Source of the DNA: an uncultured Acidobacteriota bacterium
GTDB lineage: Bacteria; Acidobacteriota; Vicinamibacteria; Vicinamibacterales; UBA2999
Direction of reading: 5' to 3'
Assembly: GCA_963734635.1 (NCBI GenBank)
Contig: CAVTIA010000013.1
Location: forward strand, 108,488 to 172,487
Length of the DNA: 64,000 nt
Part shown: piece after piece, positions 61,728 through 64,000 of the stretch
How the letters are laid out: each line of letters begins with the position of its first letter
Position numbering within the stretch: the stretch's first letter is position 1
The notes under the pieces: model-generated
Seen by the model: the letters and a program-made list of their open reading frames with translations, nothing else
What the model was told of the DNA's origin: nothing
Database searches by the model: none
Position numbers and translations under genes: made by a program

Positions 61728-63359
61728 ATGAAGAGCGCGACCTCCGCGCCCGAGGTGGCACCGGCGTCGGCACCTCGCGGTTCTTTCACGACGGTTTCCG
61801 GGCGTCCCATCGCCAGCGTCTACACGTCTGCCGACATCTCGTCGCTCGACTACGAGCGCGACCTCGGCAACCCCGGTGCATTTCCGTATACGCGAGGCAT
61901 TCACTCCGGCGGTTACGGCGACAAGCTCTGGACGATGCGGCAGTTTGCCGGATTTGGTACCCCGGAAGAGACCAACGCGCGCTACAAGCAGCTCCTGGCG
62001 GCTGGTGGGACGGGATTGAGCGTCGCTTTCGACCTTCCCACGTTGATGGGCCGGGATCCGGATCACGAGCTCTCGCTCGGCGAGGTGGGCAAGTGCGGCG
62101 TCAACGTGACGTCGCTGGCCGACATGGAGGCGCTGTTCGACGGAATCGACCTCAGCGCAATCACCACGTCGATGACGATCAACTCGCCCGCAGCGATGTT
62201 GCTCGCCATGTACCTCGTTGTGGCGGAGAAGCAGGGTGTCAGCTGGCAGACGCTGTCGGGCACCATTCAGAACGACATCCTCAAGGAATTCATCGCGCAG
62301 AAGGAGTACATCTATCCGCCGCGTCCCTCGATGAGACTCGTGACCGACGTGTTTGCCTTCTGCACACAGCAGGTGCCGAAGTGGAACACGATTTCGGTGA
62401 GCGGCTATCACATTCGCGAGGCGGGCGCGACCGCAGCGCAGGAGCTCGCATTCACGCTTCGCGACGGGATCGAGTACGTCCAGTACGGCATCGACGCCGG
62501 GCTGTTCGTGGACGACTTTGCGCCGCGCATCTCCTTCTTCTTCAACTCTCATAGCGACTTCTTCGAGGAGATCGCAAAATACCGCGCCGCCCGCCGCATC
62601 TGGGCACATGTGATGCGCGATCGTTTTCACGCAGTGAATCCCCGGTCGTGGCAGCTCCGCTTTCACGCGCAGACCGCTGGTGTGTCGCTGACGGCGCAGC
62701 AGCCATACAACAACGTCGTTCGGACGGCGCTTCAGGCCCTGGCCGCCGTGCTGGGCGGCACGCAGTCTCTTCATACCAATTCACTGGACGAGGCGCTCGC
62801 GCTTCCGACAGCGGAAACCGCGACGCTTGCGCTCCGGACGCAGCAGGTCATTGCGTACGAAACCGGCGTGACCGCCCTCGTCGATCCGCTCGGCGGCTCG
62901 TATTTCGTCGAGAAGCTCACTCGCGATCTCGAAGAAGAGGCGCTGACGTACTTCGATGCAATCGATCGCATGGGCGGCATGGTGGCGGCCATCGAGCGCG
63001 GATATCCACAGAAGGAAGTCGCCGAGAGCGCGTACCGATTCCAGCAGGCCGTCGAGCAGCGCGACCGCATCATCGTCGGCGTCAACGCGTTTGTCGAGAA
63101 GCGGCAGGAGGCGGTCGGAATTCTCTACATCGATGAGTCGGTCGCGCACCGGCAACTGGCCAGGCTGGAGCACGTGAAAGCGGCCCGCGACAACGACCGA
63201 GTGCGATCGTCTTTGGCACGGCTCCAGGCAGGGACGCAGGCCGGCGAGAACACGATGCCGCTTCTCCTCGACGCCGTGCGCGCGTACGCCACGATAGGTG
63301 AGATGTGCGACGCGCTCCGAGAGGTCTGGGGGGAATACGAAGAGACGCCGGTCATTTGA
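61728..63359 (+). CDS. B12-dependent acyl-CoA mutase large subunit with isobutyryl-CoA mutase (IcmA-like) signature
   Basis: [41 protein letters not shown]. Confidence 0.9.
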   Translation: MKSATSAPEVAPASAPRGSFTTVSGRPIASVYTSADISSLDYERDLGNPGAFPYTRGIHSGGYGDKLWTMRQFAGFGTPEETNARYKQLLAAGGTGLSVAFDLPTLMGRDPDHELSLGEVGKCGVNVTSLADMEALFDGIDLSAITTSMTINSPAAMLLAMYLVVAEKQGVSWQTLSGTIQNDILKEFIAQKEYIYPPRPSMRLVTDVFAFCTQQVPKWNTISVSGYHIREAGATAAQELAFTLRDGIEYVQYGIDAGLFVDDFAPRISFFFNSHSDFFEEIAKYRAARRIWAHVMRDRFHAVNPRSWQLRFHAQTAGVSLTAQQPYNNVVRTALQALAAVLGGTQSLHTNSLDEALALPTAETATLALRTQQVIAYETGVTALVDPLGGSYFVEKLTRDLEEEALTYFDAIDRMGGMVAAIERGYPQKEVAESAYRFQQAVEQRDRIIVGVNAFVEKRQEAVGILYIDESVAHRQLARLEHVKAARDNDRVRSSLARLQAGTQAGENTMPLLLDAVRAYATIGEMCDALREVWGEYEETPVI

Positions 63360-63365
63360 TTGAAG

Positions 63366-63776
63366 ATGCCTCAGAAAATACGGGTTGTCATCGCCAAGCC
63401 CGGACTCGACGGGCACGATCGGGGCGCGCGGGTCATCGCGCGCGCGCTGCGCGACGCCGGCATGGAGGTGATTTACACAGGCCTCCGTCAAACGCCCGAG
63501 CAGATCGTGGCCGCAGCATTGCAGGAAGACGCGGACGTAATCGGGTTGTCCATTCTGTCCGGCGCTCACATGCACATCTGCCCGCGCATCATGGCGCTGC
63601 TGCAGGAGAAAGGGCTGAACGACGTCCTCGTGGTCGTTGGGGGCATCATTCCCGACGTCGACATCCCGAAGCTCCGCGAAATCGGGGTGCGAGGCATTTT
63701 TCTCCCGGGCACGCCAATGCAGGAGATCGTCGACTTCATCCGGAAGAACGTGCGGTCTCGTGTGGAGTCGTGGTGA
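63366..63776 (+). CDS. Cobalamin-binding small subunit of the acyl-CoA mutase
   Basis: [21 protein letters not shown]. Confidence 0.93.
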   Translation: MPQKIRVVIAKPGLDGHDRGARVIARALRDAGMEVIYTGLRQTPEQIVAAALQEDADVIGLSILSGAHMHICPRIMALLQEKGLNDVLVVVGGIIPDVDIPKLREIGVRGIFLPGTPMQEIVDFIRKNVRSRVESW

Positions 63777-64000
63777 ATGATGCCTGAAGTCGCCGACCTG
63801 CAGCACCCGATCACCCTGCCCGAGAAACCCGCGCTCGAAGGCCTCGAAGCGAAATGGAACGCGCGCTGGGAGCAGGACGGCACGTATCGATTCGACCGGA
63901 ATCACACGCGTGCGGAGGTGTACTCGATCGACACCCCGCCTCCGACCGTCAGCGGCTCCTTGCACGTAGGTCACGTGTTCTCGTACACGCACACCGACCT
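63777..64000 (+). CDS. valS: Valyl-tRNA synthetase, 3' partial
   Basis: LEAKW..RW...GTYRF, YSIDTPPPTVSGSLHVGHVFSYTHTD. Confidence 0.9.
   Translation, partial: MMPEVADLQHPITLPEKPALEGLEAKWNARWEQDGTYRFDRNHTRAEVYSIDTPPPTVSGSLHVGHVFSYTHTD

Overview
High-GC, gene-dense bacterial DNA, most likely Acidobacteriota class Vicinamibacteria. That call is inferred from the acidobacterial VWA protein, DUF6152 operons, many PQQ-like beta-propellers and the repeat style. About 20 single-base frameshifts break otherwise intact genes, which points to long-read indel error. Most genes encode secreted or periplasmic proteins: 7 PQQ/BamB-like propellers, a TonB receptor, 2 tannase-type esterases, an Ntn acylase, 2 PAL-like NHL proteins, and 2 parallel DUF6152 + 'GRWEGxTLVV' operons. 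Core metabolism genes are ppc, a PPK2 polyP:AMP phosphotransferase, gdhA, an acyl-CoA dehydrogenase, an acyl-CoA mutase with the isobutyryl-CoA signature, and the start of valS. Four things stand out. (1) A ~4.6 kb satellite-like phage element (cos-like site, TerS, HK97-fold capsid; no portal, TerL or integrase). (2) A HemN-like class C radical SAM gene next to a flavin-dependent halogenase-like gene, with no scaffold enzyme nearby. (3) A ~50 bp GAAC-periodic inverted-repeat element that occurs once empty (32010-32153) and once bracketing a whole esterase gene (54414-56243). (4) GTAG REP and heptamer repeats that supply stop codons and are captured in frame inside proteins. No rRNA, tRNA or CRISPR array was recognised.
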